From a virus, in IMG/VR virus record IMGVR_UViG_3300047678_000431, positions 21,174 through 85,173 of that record: 64,000 nt of DNA. One strand, given 5' to 3'. The position numbers and the translations under genes were made by a program. The notes under the pieces were generated by a model, which was given only the letters and a program-made list of their open reading frames with translations, was not told the DNA's origin and ran no database searches. The first letter of the stretch is position 1, and the number at the start of each line of letters is the position of its first letter. Shown here piece by piece: positions 46,259 to 56,304 of the stretch.

Positions 46259-47956
46259 ATGATTGAATTACGCCCCTATCAACGCGCGGCGATCGACGCA
46301 GTCAAGGACGGCATCCGGCGCGGCCTGCGATCCATGCTCATCGTGTTACCGACCGGCGCCGGGAAGACCGTCGTCTTTTCAGAACTGCCTCGTGAAATCG
46401 ACGCACGCTTCGTCCTCATCCTCGCGCACCGCGACGAATTGATTGACCAGGCGGTCGCGAAGTATCAGCGATCGAACCCCAACGCCGTCGTCGGCAAAGA
46501 GGCGAACGTCTTTCGGGCCGATGCCGCGTGCGCGGTCGTGGCCGCATCGGTGCAAACCCTTCAGGGTGACCGCCTGCGCGAATTCCTTGCCCGCAAGGGC
46601 ATTCCCGACCTCATCGTGACAGATGAGGCACATCATGCCGTTTCCCCCTCGTACACGGCAATCTATGAGGCGATAGGGGCATCCGCAACACACGTCGGCG
46701 TCACGGCGACCCCGAATCGCGGCGATAAGATCGGCCTCGACACCGTCTTCGAGGAAATCGTCTATGCGATCTCGCTGCCGGAACTCATCGCGCAGGGGTA
46801 TCTCGTCGACCTTACCGGCTACGTCGTTCACACAACGACGACCCTCACGGGTATCAGCCGGACGAAAGGCGATTTTGCGCAAAAACAACTCGCCGAAGCG
46901 GTGAACACCGAAGAACGCAATGCGCAGGTCGTGCGCGCGTACCACGACCTCGCTGGAGGGAAGAGGGCAATCGTGTTCGGGGTCGACGTCGCGCATTCAC
47001 TCGACCTCTGTGATGGATTCCGCGCAGCCGGATACCGTGCGGCGCATATCGACGGCAAGACTCCGAAAGATCAACGCGCGCAGATTCTCGCCGAATTCGC
47101 GCGCGGGGCGGTCGAGGTCTTGTGTAATTGTGCGGTTCTCACCGAGGGGTTCGACGAACCCGCGATCGAGTGCGTGATCCTTGCCCGGCCGACCATGTCC
47201 GCCGGATTGTATGCGCAGTGCATCGGGCGCGGCACGCGACTCCATCCGGGAAAAACCTCGTGCATCGTGATCGACATGCACGACATCTCGCGCACGAAAT
47301 CATGTTATGCCCTCCCGGCGCTTTTCGGTATGCCGCCAAACTTTGACCTCGCGGGTCGGGCGGCACTCGGCGCCGCGCGTAAACTCGCGGCCATTGCCCC
47401 CGATTGCGATCTCGTCGGCGAGGTTCTGCTCGACGCCTACTCGCTCGATGCGCTCGAAGGATGCCCCCCGGAATTGCGTCTCGCGATGCTCGTGCAGGCG
47501 ATCAAAGAGCAAAACGACTTGCGATATGTGCCGGTCGAACTGTTGCGTCCGCGTCCGGTGCCGCAATACGTCAAGGACACGGCGACCTTGAATTGGTTCG
47601 CATCGGATGAAACGCGCTTTTGTTTGCGCTTGCCTGCCGAAATGATAACCGTGGAAGAAAATCAACTCGGCGCGTGGGACGTGATTCTCGCGCCTTCAGG
47701 ATTGCAACCGATGCACATCGGGACGCATGCCGGTATCGCCAAGGCGATCGCGCAGGCGGAATCCTGGGTCCGCACGCAGCGCCCGAAGGATCTCCCGGGC
47801 GTCGACCTTGCCGCCCCCTGGCGCGCGGCTCCGGGTACCGGCGCGCAACGTTCGCGCCTGAAGAAACTCGGCGTCTATACGCCCCGGAAACACGATCTTT
47901 CCCGAGGGGAGATGTCCAACATGATCGAGGCCCTCTCAGTGCTCTACCATGCCTAG
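46259..47956 (+). CDS. SF2 DEAD/DEAH-box helicase (ResIII/IRC3-like)
   Basis: LRPYQ, PTGAGKT, DEAHH, TATP, LTEGFD, QCIGRGTR. Confidence 0.95.
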   Translation: MIELRPYQRAAIDAVKDGIRRGLRSMLIVLPTGAGKTVVFSELPREIDARFVLILAHRDELIDQAVAKYQRSNPNAVVGKEANVFRADAACAVVAASVQTLQGDRLREFLARKGIPDLIVTDEAHHAVSPSYTAIYEAIGASATHVGVTATPNRGDKIGLDTVFEEIVYAISLPELIAQGYLVDLTGYVVHTTTTLTGISRTKGDFAQKQLAEAVNTEERNAQVVRAYHDLAGGKRAIVFGVDVAHSLDLCDGFRAAGYRAAHIDGKTPKDQRAQILAEFARGAVEVLCNCAVLTEGFDEPAIECVILARPTMSAGLYAQCIGRGTRLHPGKTSCIVIDMHDISRTKSCYALPALFGMPPNFDLAGRAALGAARKLAAIAPDCDLVGEVLLDAYSLDALEGCPPELRLAMLVQAIKEQNDLRYVPVELLRPRPVPQYVKDTATLNWFASDETRFCLRLPAEMITVEENQLGAWDVILAPSGLQPMHIGTHAGIAKAIAQAESWVRTQRPKDLPGVDLAAPWRAAPGTGAQRSRLKKLGVYTPRKHDLSRGEMSNMIEALSVLYHA

Positions 47957-48308
47957 GCGTCGCCGGTGGACGCCTGCGGAAGATCAGCGTCTCAAGGATC
48001 TTTGGCTCGACGGCCTCACGTATGCCGAGATCGGCAAGGTCATCAAACGCACCGAGGTCGCCGTCCGTCAGAAGATCGCGAAAACCCGGATGACCTCGCG
48101 TCGTGCCCCGGATTGGCCGAAAGAGGAAGAAGCCCTTATCGACGACCTTTGTGCAAGGTTCGTCGCTGATATGCTCGTTCGGTTCCCGCGTTCCCCGGCC
48201 GCGATGTGTAAGCATATCGTCGCGCACATTGTCTCTCGCAAGACGCTGGAAAAAGCTTCTGCACTTGCCGAAAGAAAGAAAACCCACGATGCCGCCCTTC
48301 CGAGGTGA
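47949..48308 (+). CDS. HTH/Myb-like DNA-binding protein
   Basis: WTPAEDQRLKDLWLDGLTYAEIGKVIKRT; second WPKEEE repeat. Confidence 0.7.
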   Translation: MPRRRRWTPAEDQRLKDLWLDGLTYAEIGKVIKRTEVAVRQKIAKTRMTSRRAPDWPKEEEALIDDLCARFVADMLVRFPRSPAAMCKHIVAHIVSRKTLEKASALAERKKTHDAALPR

Positions 48309-48312
48309 CACC

Positions 48313-48687
48313 ATGTTATCCATCGACGATGCGACCCGTCTCGCACCGATCGCTTTTGCGTTTTCCTTCGGGGATGAAGAGTTCATCGTCGTGCCGGTTG
48401 CCGATACCGAACCCCGGCCCATGTGGAACAGTCGCGTCCTTTGCCCGATCGCCTTTGCGCGCGGTGCGAATAGTAGCGACGTCAGCCTTGATCTCCTCGC
48501 CGATATGGGGGCGGGTGCTTTACTTTCGGGCGCATGCCAACAATGCGAAGGCCTGTGGATGTTTGCCCATGATACGGCCGTACATATCGCCGGTGATCGC
48601 CTTGCACAATTTCAGCATGAGCGATACCCCGACCTCAATGCCGCGTTCGAGTATTTCGTCCGCCGTGGCCCGGGTACCGACGCATGA
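48313..48687 (+). CDS. Hypothetical protein
   Basis: GAGGTG RBS. Confidence 0.6.
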   Translation: MLSIDDATRLAPIAFAFSFGDEEFIVVPVADTEPRPMWNSRVLCPIAFARGANSSDVSLDLLADMGAGALLSGACQQCEGLWMFAHDTAVHIAGDRLAQFQHERYPDLNAAFEYFVRRGPGTDA

Positions 48688-49247
48688 GCGCCCCGATCGG
48701 CGATCATTGGATTCAAACCTATACGGGGGCGATCGTGCATGTCGATGACCCGCAGCCCGAAACGATTCACCTTTCCGACATTGCGCACGCCCTCTCGCTC
48801 ATCTGCCGGTTTAACGGCCACGTCAGCCGGTTTTACCCGGTGGCCTCGCATTCGATCCATGTCGCGCAACTCGTCCCGCCAGAACAAGCCCTCGCGGCCT
48901 TGTTTCACGATGCGTCCGAGGCGTATATCTGCGACATTGCGCGGCCGGTCAAAATTTCAGGCGCCTTCGACGCGTATCGCCGGATCGAAGCGAAAATCAT
49001 GGAGGTCATTCGCGCGAAGTTCGGCCTCGGTGATACGGAGACGCCCGAGATCAAACGCGCCGATCACATTGCTCTTGCGACCGAGACGAAGGCGCTCGTG
49101 AAAGATCCGCAACCCGGCTACTGGACGGAGATCGCCCCCGATTTCACCTATGAGATCAAGCCGACAAGCCCGCGCGAAGCCGAGATGTCCTTCATTCGCA
49201 AATACGAGGAACTTTGCGTGTACCAGGCGCAGACGAGTTTTTTCTAG
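48684..49247 (+). CDS. HD-domain phosphohydrolase (YfbR-like)
   Basis: DIAHALS..CRFNGH, VASHS, LFHDASEAY..D, KRAD. Confidence 0.9.
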   Translation: MSAPIGDHWIQTYTGAIVHVDDPQPETIHLSDIAHALSLICRFNGHVSRFYPVASHSIHVAQLVPPEQALAALFHDASEAYICDIARPVKISGAFDAYRRIEAKIMEVIRAKFGLGDTETPEIKRADHIALATETKALVKDPQPGYWTEIAPDFTYEIKPTSPREAEMSFIRKYEELCVYQAQTSFF

Positions 49248-49413
49248 GGTGGTACATCATTGCCCGTAAGCCGTACCACCCTGCAAATGTTCCACAAAAT
49301 GTTTCACATCGAACAAAATCGCCCGGATTCGGGTATTCGCCACCGCCTAAATGTTAAGAGTTTCCGGCCGAAGAGAATGGTAGTTCACTCCGCCGTTCTT
49401 GAAGGGTCGCCTC

Positions 49414-50082
49414 ATGTCGCCGACGATCACGCCGTACCTTGCGATCTATAAAGCCATGAACCTCGACCCGGGCGACTTCAGTGCATTGAATTTTTCCGTG
49501 TCGATCATGATCGACCTTGCGAATATCCGCGATGCCAAATTTGAAGAGGCCGATCGCACGACGATGTTCCGCTCGATGCGCCGGGCTCATATGGCGATGT
49601 CCGAGTTGCAGCTGTATTTTCTGCTTTTTGAGAAGATGGCCGACGCCGATGTGATTGACCTCGGGATTCTGCCGACGCTCACGACCTATCACCTCGACAC
49701 GCTCGGTGCGATGTTGCAGCTGATGGCCCTGCAAGCAGAATCGGCCGTGTGTTCGTTGACGGCGTTTCCGAGTACGCTTCCCAAAGAAACCGGCGATGCC
49801 CTCAAGGAACAACTTGCCGCCTTTGCCGATGCCTCGAAGATTTTGACCGCCGTCCGGCGAGCCGTCTCGAGTATTCTCGACCTTGAGGATCGCAATGACC
49901 CGATCCAAGAGGCGGTCGCGCAGGCGCATGATGACCTTGTCGCCGACGCCGTCGATGCGATTATGCAGTTGATCAAAAAACGATACCCGGCCGATACCGA
50001 TCCCTCCGTCCTTATTAGCGCCTTGATCAAGGATCTCGAAGAGTTCACTCGCGCCACGAGTCCCGGCGAGATTCACGCCTAA
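49414..50082 (+). CDS. Hypothetical helical protein
   Basis: Long ORF with RBS. Confidence 0.65.
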   Translation: MSPTITPYLAIYKAMNLDPGDFSALNFSVSIMIDLANIRDAKFEEADRTTMFRSMRRAHMAMSELQLYFLLFEKMADADVIDLGILPTLTTYHLDTLGAMLQLMALQAESAVCSLTAFPSTLPKETGDALKEQLAAFADASKILTAVRRAVSSILDLEDRNDPIQEAVAQAHDDLVADAVDAIMQLIKKRYPADTDPSVLISALIKDLEEFTRATSPGEIHA

Positions 50083-50114
50083 AGGCGGACGCCCTCAGTA
50101 CCGATCGATTCGAT

Positions 50115-50513
50115 ATGAGTAAACCTCTGGGAGGCCGCCCCGAACACCGGCTCGGCAGTCAAGAATTTCATCGGGCCGTATTCGCCGCGCACGGGCGCGA
50201 GTGTTACTTTCGCGGGCCGAAATATCGCAAGGTTCGGGTGAGTATCTTCACCGAGGAACTCCGGCCGCGTCTGCCGCATGAGCGATGCCTTCGCGACGCA
50301 ACCGATGCGATGCATATCTACGCGCGCGCGGAACTCGGCGGGAAGAACAACCGGTTCGCGTTTCCCGAACTCAATGGTCGGCCGGGATGCCGTCCGTGCC
50401 ACGAACTCCAAGGCGCAAAGCTCATTGCCTTTGAGTATAAGGACGAGATTGCGGCCTATGAGGCATTACGGGCGATATGCAAACATCGACTGCGTGAGCC
50501 CTATCCTCGATGA
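50115..50513 (+). CDS. HNH-like protein
   Basis: DAMHI...N...CRPCH. Confidence 0.5.
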   Translation: MSKPLGGRPEHRLGSQEFHRAVFAAHGRECYFRGPKYRKVRVSIFTEELRPRLPHERCLRDATDAMHIYARAELGGKNNRFAFPELNGRPGCRPCHELQGAKLIAFEYKDEIAAYEALRAICKHRLREPYPR

Positions 50514-50794
50514 CGGAAACCGGCCTTTTCCGCCTGATTTTTTTCGGTGGTCCGAAAGACGGCCTCGAAATTCTCGCAGCTGAAATGCCGGACACGTGGG
50601 AGTTCTGTCACGCCGCACCCGGACGCCAACCGGGCGCGAAGATCTTTGATTTCCTTGCGCGTACCGGGTCGATGAATCATATCAGTTTCGAGTGTTATCA
50701 TCGCCGCTGGACGACGATCGTCCCGGGAGATCAACCGATCGGCCGGTATTACTACACCGAAACAATCGAACTCGACGAGGTCCTCGCACGATAG
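50510..50794 (+). CDS. GGPxDG-family small protein (paralog 1)
   Basis: LIFFGGPKDG. Confidence 0.6.
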   Translation: MTETGLFRLIFFGGPKDGLEILAAEMPDTWEFCHAAPGRQPGAKIFDFLARTGSMNHISFECYHRRWTTIVPGDQPIGRYYYTETIELDEVLAR

Positions 50795-50930
50795 GGATCG
50801 AACGCGAGATTCCGTCCTCCTGGACAGTACTCCGCAAGATACTCCTTTCATGACAATGCCCCGGCCCGACATTGCGGCAAAACGATGTCGGGCTTTTCAT
50901 TTTCCGGCGTCAGTTGCCGATGATATGTGC

Positions 50931-51236
50931 ATGAATGATCCGCAACGGAATTGCATATATCTTATCGATGGACCGGCAAACGGTCAGCGGTTTGCGATCG
51001 ACCCGCAACATATTCCGGGGACCTGGCTCATCACCGAATCGTTCCTCGGGATGAAACCCGAAAACGGCGATTCTGTGCCGTGGCATATCGAACGGACTCA
51101 TTTTTATCGCATCGTCTATGCCGTCGATCAAAATTCCGGTCGAAACGTGTTTCCCGGATACCATGTCCCGATCGAACTGCCGGACGATGTCGCTGCGATC
51201 TATATGTACGATGCTCGTCTATGTCGGACGCGCTGA
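50931..51236 (+). CDS. GGPxDG-family small protein (paralog 2)
   Basis: YLIDGPANG; start uncertain. Confidence 0.55.
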   Translation: MNDPQRNCIYLIDGPANGQRFAIDPQHIPGTWLITESFLGMKPENGDSVPWHIERTHFYRIVYAVDQNSGRNVFPGYHVPIELPDDVAAIYMYDARLCRTR

Positions 51237-51799
51237 TCGTCACGGTCGTCTTCCCCGATCAGACGTACCCGAGTAAGAATCACGAGGGCAAAGATGCCCG
51301 GCGCGATGGGGCAAAGTCCGACGCCTACAAATGGGTGTTCCGGGAAGTGAAAAAGGCTGCCGAGCAATCTATCCGCGATGCAAAATGGACGACGGCGCAA
51401 GGCGCATGCCTCTTTGTTCTTACGCTGATCGTGCCGAACCGGCGCCGCCGCGATGCGATCAATCTCGGAACCGCAGAGGCAAATGCACTGACGGCGGCCG
51501 GGGTATGGCATGATGATACGCTCGCAAATCCCGCGATCAAGCAAATCCGCGTCGACCCCGGATCGCCGATGCGCGTTGTGATGATGATCCAGCAGTTGTA
51601 CGAAAATTTAGAATCTTATCCGAAAACGGTGTTGCGGGTAAAAAAACCGCCGAAGCATGTAAAAGAGGATACTTCGGTCACGGTTTCACCGTCTCGGAAA
51701 TATCGAGGCATCTACATACCGCCCGGAATGGCCTTGTGTAATGGGGAGCTAGTCCCCGAAGCCTTTGTCCGTGAAAAATTATCGAAGGCCCGCAAATGA
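51221..51799 (+). CDS. RusA-like Holliday junction resolvase homolog
   Basis: PSKN...PNRRRRDAIN...ALTAAGVWHDD. Confidence 0.65.
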   Translation: MSDALIVTVVFPDQTYPSKNHEGKDARRDGAKSDAYKWVFREVKKAAEQSIRDAKWTTAQGACLFVLTLIVPNRRRRDAINLGTAEANALTAAGVWHDDTLANPAIKQIRVDPGSPMRVVMMIQQLYENLESYPKTVLRVKKPPKHVKEDTSVTVSPSRKYRGIYIPPGMALCNGELVPEAFVREKLSKARK

Positions 51800-51999
51800 G
51801 GGAGATGGTTCGATTTTACCTGTCGTTTCTTCGCGTTCGCCTTCCGCGTCTATGGATGCTCGTCGGCCGGTGTCCGCAATGCCGACGCCGGTTCGTGAAA
51901 CTTCCGCCTGTCGGATTCATCGAGAGAAAGGGTTGTCCGTATGAGCACGTCGTCCGGTTTAACGCTCGCCCGCCTCGTCGCGAAATCGACCGTTCATAG
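51796..51999 (+). CDS. Small hypothetical protein
   Basis: ATGA-coupled; CPQC. Confidence 0.45.
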   Translation: MREMVRFYLSFLRVRLPRLWMLVGRCPQCRRRFVKLPPVGFIERKGCPYEHVVRFNARPPRREIDRS

Positions 52000-52543
52000 T
52001 CACGCCGCCGCGCGAATCCGGGCATACGAGCCGGAGTTCGCCACGGTTGCGACCGCAATCCGGTCGTTCTTCCGCACCGAATATGCGGCGTATCTCAGTA
52101 ATGACGAAGAGATCCCCATGCGCACGAGCACCTATTCCGGTAAAGGGGTCGGGTTTTACGCGACGTCCGAAGACGGCCGTCCCGATTGGACGGTTGCGAT
52201 GAAGCGGTTCATCTTCGGCCGGACCGATTCGCATAAGGGGTTTGAATTCACCCTCGAAACCTTCGCCCGCGCAATGAAAGACCTCGAACAATCGCATCCC
52301 CGCTGGCACGCGGCGACAATCGCCTTCGATGTGGAGAGCCTGCCGATCTTAACGGTCGCAAAGGCCCTCAATGTGCATACGGCAACCGTGCATCGGTACC
52401 GGAACAACGTCATTCATTTTCTCTACCCCTATATTTTGCACGGAGACGCAAGTCAACGGCGTCCGATCTTCGCAAAATACCTTCCGCGCATAAAAAACAC
52501 GCCCGAGGGAAGCTACTTGAAACGCGAGTCCGCCTTCGCGTAG
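51941..52543 (+). CDS. HTH regulator (sigma region 4/late activator-like)
   Basis: VAKALNVHTATVHRYRN; position after RusA-like gene. Confidence 0.6.
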   Translation: MSTSSGLTLARLVAKSTVHSHAAARIRAYEPEFATVATAIRSFFRTEYAAYLSNDEEIPMRTSTYSGKGVGFYATSEDGRPDWTVAMKRFIFGRTDSHKGFEFTLETFARAMKDLEQSHPRWHAATIAFDVESLPILTVAKALNVHTATVHRYRNNVIHFLYPYILHGDASQRRPIFAKYLPRIKNTPEGSYLKRESAFA

Positions 52544-52610
52544 TGTGTACCTAGGGCGCATAGGCACCGACTTGCCGACGCGCCCTCGCACGTTCTAAGG
52601 ATACCCTTGC

Positions 52611-52871
52611 ATGACGCATACGACCGACCTCAAACCGCGCTTATTGGCGCGGATTTCCGTCGTTATCGGACACGCCGATCCGGCAAACGACCCGCGTCCT
52701 GAGATGGATGCGCACATCCTTCCGATCGACATTGAAGCCGATTCGATCGACTCGCTTCGTATCCGCGCCGTCCGGTGCGTCGATCGAGCGATTAAAGCCG
52801 TCGGCGATCCGGGGGCCGGTGTCCTCGGCATTGCATATGATCCCCATGCCCGAGAAACGGAATCCGCTTGA
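52611..52871 (+). CDS. Hypothetical protein
   Basis: ORF after intergenic gap. Confidence 0.55.
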   Translation: MTHTTDLKPRLLARISVVIGHADPANDPRPEMDAHILPIDIEADSIDSLRIRAVRCVDRAIKAVGDPGAGVLGIAYDPHARETESA

Positions 52872-53287
52872 TCATGCGTCAGCAGCGAACCTCGCATCTT
52901 CGGCGTCGCCCGATGCTTCCTACTCATCCCGACGTGACGGCCGCAATGCGTGTCGCCCTCGGCGAGGAATACGCGCAAATTCTCGACTGGGCCGTTCGCG
53001 CCGCCGTCGAAGAAATGCTCGCCGTACAACGCCGGTCGATCGTGCGTTTCCGGGGGTCGGTCCGATCAGACCTCGATCAAGATACCATCGGATCGCAAAC
53101 GTTCGCGAAATACCACCTTCGCGGGCAATACGCCGCATGTGACGGCATGATCGACGTGATCAACGGCATTGAAAGCCGAGACATCGTCCGATCGGTCGCG
53201 ATGCGCATGCAGGCCGTACGATTGCGCCGGGAAGCGCAAAATCTTCCGTGGGTCGCAACCTATCATCGTCCGAGTATCGCCGCATGA
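52868..53287 (+). CDS. Hypothetical protein
   Basis: Overlapping gene chain. Confidence 0.55.
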   Translation: MIMRQQRTSHLRRRPMLPTHPDVTAAMRVALGEEYAQILDWAVRAAVEEMLAVQRRSIVRFRGSVRSDLDQDTIGSQTFAKYHLRGQYAACDGMIDVINGIESRDIVRSVAMRMQAVRLRREAQNLPWVATYHRPSIAA

Positions 53288-53451
53288 TGGAATCGCTCAT
53301 GCCTCGGATGCATTGTCCCGATTGCGATCAGACATATCGCGCGACCAAGGAGCACGAACTGCGCACCTGCCGTCTCTGTGGCGGCCGCGACGTCGTCGAA
53401 ACGCAGGCCGTCAATGTGACGTCAACCGTGTCCGTGAGTCCAAACCCGTGA
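53284..53451 (+). CDS. Zinc-ribbon protein
   Basis: CPDC...CRLC; ATGA-coupled. Confidence 0.55.
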   Translation: MMESLMPRMHCPDCDQTYRATKEHELRTCRLCGGRDVVETQAVNVTSTVSVSPNP

Positions 53452-53669
53452 CGAGTTTCGGACCGGTGACGCTTTCCGTTGAATCCATCGACGGACTATC
53501 AAAGCTCACCATACGACGGGAATCGGGATCGACTCGGGTGCGTGTCGAGATTGCCCGAGAAGAGGTCGACGGATTACGTCGCCGGATCATCGAAGTCGTC
53601 GACGGCCTCGATATTGACCGGCGCTCGTTACTTGATTTCGCGCATTCGATCACGGATGGTTTGCTTTAG
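53448..53669 (+). CDS. Hypothetical protein
   Basis: GTGA-coupled start. Confidence 0.5.
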   Translation: MTSFGPVTLSVESIDGLSKLTIRRESGSTRVRVEIAREEVDGLRRRIIEVVDGLDIDRRSLLDFAHSITDGLL

Positions 53670-54079
53670 GCGTTTCTCGCTCCGAGAAATTCCAGCAGCG
53701 CGATTTCGATCGCAGTGCTTTTGGAAGATCCGATGCGCTCGGCCCATTCACAGATACGATCATGAACTTCCGGCGGAAGGGTGATGCTCGTCCGCACGCG
53801 CTTTTGTGCAAGAGGCGGACGACCGGTGGACACCGATATGCTGACGCCTTCGTGTAATGCATGCTCATACGCGCGATACGCCTGGCGCCATGCTCGGTTT
53901 TTGATCATGTCGTCATCGGCATGGTGTTGATAAAGATGTTCTTGAATGGCGCGAAAGGTTTTCGCCCGAACTTCGTGTCGGCATTTCTGATCGAGCCAAC
54001 CGACGAGTGTTGCGTACGTGATTCTCTGGGTCGGATGTTTAATCCATTGCACGAAATGCGGCGTGATGTTCTTGCGCAT
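53666..54079 (-). CDS. Two-domain protein with C-terminal RHH
   Basis: GRPP...RVRTSITLPPEVHDRICEWAERIGSSKSTAIEIAL. Confidence 0.7.
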   Translation of the reverse strand: MRKNITPHFVQWIKHPTQRITYATLVGWLDQKCRHEVRAKTFRAIQEHLYQHHADDDMIKNRAWRQAYRAYEHALHEGVSISVSTGRPPLAQKRVRTSITLPPEVHDRICEWAERIGSSKSTAIEIALLEFLGARNA

Positions 54080-54136
54080 GATGTGGGGGAAAAGGCGCCT
54101 TTCGTCTTGGTACAAAAGGCGCCTTTTCGACGAACC

Positions 54137-54532
54137 TTATGAGTGCGGAAGTGATTCGGTAACCGTCTCAGTCGAGGTCTTTTCGGTTGCCGTGATGGTG
54201 TTCGGTGCGAGTGTCGCCGGTGGCGTCGAAGGCACGAGACTATTGAGTAAGTCACGCGCATGCACGATCGCGATGGCGATTTCGCTTGTGGCGAAGGCTT
54301 CGATCGGGGCTTGAAATCCGGTCGAAATCTCGTCGAATACCTTGAGCGCGGCGGTTGCCGTTTGCGGAATGTAATTTCGTGCAAACGAGACAATATCGGT
54401 TTCAACGGTCGGAACAATGCCGGTCGCCTGAGAGGCGATCAAATCCAGGATGTTCTGAAGATATTGTTTTGCGGCAAGGCGATCGGTAATCGCATCCTGC
54501 TCGACTTGGGCGATAGTTTTGTCAAACGACAT
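54137..54532 (-). CDS. Hypothetical protein
   Basis: GAGG RBS before MSFDKT. Confidence 0.65.
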   Translation of the reverse strand: MSFDKTIAQVEQDAITDRLAAKQYLQNILDLIASQATGIVPTVETDIVSFARNYIPQTATAALKVFDEISTGFQAPIEAFATSEIAIAIVHARDLLNSLVPSTPPATLAPNTITATEKTSTETVTESLPHS

Positions 54533-54885
54533 AGAGAAAGCCTCACAAAAAAGGGCGTTCCGTGCTGTGCGCACGGGATCACCCTGTTTGCATCGGCTGA
54601 CGTCTTGAAAACTTTACAATGCGAGGGTTGCAATTTCCGCTTTCACCCGCTCGATCGTATCCCACGCCTGGCGGTATTCCTCATCTGTCGGGTTGCATTC
54701 GGCTTTTGCGTAGGCGCTCATAAGTTCGTTTTCAAGTGCGCGTTTGCGGTCTTTTCCGTCTTGCATGATCGTACCCCTTGGAAAAAGGCGTTTGGTTAGC
54801 TGGTCCCCTTATTTTACCCGAACTGCCTAGAAGAGTCGACGCGGCGATGGTAAAGAATCACCGAGGCAACCCCTAAAGAGGGCAC

Positions 54886-55152
54886 ATGTCACACGATGCA
54901 CCGTACCCGACGAGTATCCTCACGACGGCCGTCATGCCCGAGTCGATTGTTCATGACGTCCTAGCTTCTCATGATGCCTCGTTCGAGGCCGCGCAAACGC
55001 ATTTCGAGCGATTGCTCGAAGCCTGCAACGGCGATCCGGCGCGTGCGCTTGGGATCTCGCTCATGGTTTCGGAATTACTCCTCACCATTTGCCACACGGT
55101 CGACCAGAAAAGCGAGGCGCCCGCTGAAGACAAGGAAATCCCCCGCACATGA
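54886..55152 (+). CDS. Hypothetical protein
   Basis: GAGGG RBS. Confidence 0.6.
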   Translation: MSHDAPYPTSILTTAVMPESIVHDVLASHDASFEAAQTHFERLLEACNGDPARALGISLMVSELLLTICHTVDQKSEAPAEDKEIPRT

Positions 55153-55162
55153 AACCTTCGCC

Positions 55163-55384
55163 ATGCTCGAGCCGCGAGATCTTTGCGCAAGTAATATTCG
55201 ATGCAAGGAATGCGGCAAGCGCCTCTATTTTGGCGCCTTCGCAAGCGCGCATCTCGAAACCGTCGTGATGTATGGTCAGAATCTTTTGACGCTCATGATG
55301 ACGACCCATATCATGAGTGGTCACATTGTCGGCACCGAGGAAGAACTCGAACGCTTCCACGTCCCGATACCGAGCCCGGTATGA
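55163..55384 (+). CDS. Small zinc-binding protein
   Basis: CKEC...H...H. Confidence 0.5.
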   Translation: MLEPRDLCASNIRCKECGKRLYFGAFASAHLETVVMYGQNLLTLMMTTHIMSGHIVGTEEELERFHVPIPSPV

Positions 55385-55596
55385 ACGAGATGTCACAAGA
55401 CGCAAGGCTCGCGGAAGTGCGGCGATTGCGGGAAAACTTTCTGCAAACGAAGACTGACGTCGTTAAATATATCGACGAATATACCGAACGAAAGATACGT
55501 GAGTTACAAGATCATTGCCCACATGGCGATTGGTTCGAGATTTCGCATGACCGATTTTGCAACGCATGCGGATACCGTGAATGCATCCTGGAATAA
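55381..55596 (+). CDS. CPH-CxxC paralog 1
   Basis: LQDHCPH...CNAC. Confidence 0.65.
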   Translation: MNEMSQDARLAEVRRLRENFLQTKTDVVKYIDEYTERKIRELQDHCPHGDWFEISHDRFCNACGYRECILE

Positions 55597-55787
55597 TCGA
55601 ATCGGCGGCGTTCTTTAACTTGCTCGCGACGTTGTATATCGGGATTCTCTTTCTCGCAAATACACTGCCGCGATCGAATAAGAAGACGATTCTCGTCTGG
55701 GGCGTGCGATTATGGGTCTTTCTCGTTTGTTCAGAGGTGTTCGTGTTTGTAGCGATGTCGATACGGTTTGCGCACTCGTGCCGGTAG
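55581..55787 (+). CDS. Small two-TM membrane protein
   Basis: Two hydrophobic segments. Confidence 0.55.
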   Translation: MHPGIIESAAFFNLLATLYIGILFLANTLPRSNKKTILVWGVRLWVFLVCSEVFVFVAMSIRFAHSCR

Positions 55788-56014
55788 ATTTCACGAAAGT
55801 CTTCAACGATGCCGCTGAGGCGCGCAAGGTGCGTGCGGATGAACTTGCCGCATATAATATGCTGATCGCTGAATCCGAAAAGCGATATAAAGAGAAGATG
55901 AAACGGCTTCAGGATTCATGCCCGCATGATTTTCAATCTCATGTCGGATATTCGAAAGAAGATGTCTGTCGCGCATGTGATTATGCAAAGCCGGAATCCG
56001 GTCGATACCGATGA
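55778..56014 (+). CDS. CPH-CxxC paralog 2
   Basis: LQDSCPH...CRAC; start uncertain. Confidence 0.6.
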   Translation: MPVDFTKVFNDAAEARKVRADELAAYNMLIAESEKRYKEKMKRLQDSCPHDFQSHVGYSKEDVCRACDYAKPESGRYR

Positions 56015-56304
56015 CTATCGACATTGAGATTGCGCGGAAAATTCGCATCGAAGCCGACGAATCGCATGCGATGAATAAAGCGCGACTCATGGACGATCTT
56101 TCAATCGTGCAGCAACGATTCGCAGAGAACGATCGGCGATATGAATGCGTGTTGCAAAAGATTCGCCGCGAATGTCCGCACGATTTTCGCCTTCGAGAAG
56201 AGGCGCGACATGTACTCGGCGATGGTTTATCGGCCGTGTACGATCATTCGGTCGAGATCAAAAGATGCGCGATATGCAATTACACGGAGGAGCGAAAATT
56301 GTGA
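56011..56304 (+). CDS. CPH-CxxC paralog 3
   Basis: IRRECPH...CAIC. Confidence 0.65.
   Translation: MTIDIEIARKIRIEADESHAMNKARLMDDLSIVQQRFAENDRRYECVLQKIRRECPHDFRLREEARHVLGDGLSAVYDHSVEIKRCAICNYTEERKL

Noticed and set aside
48684-49247. DatZ of a Z-base (diaminopurine) system
   Set aside because: No purZ, mazZ or phage DNA polymerase in the window
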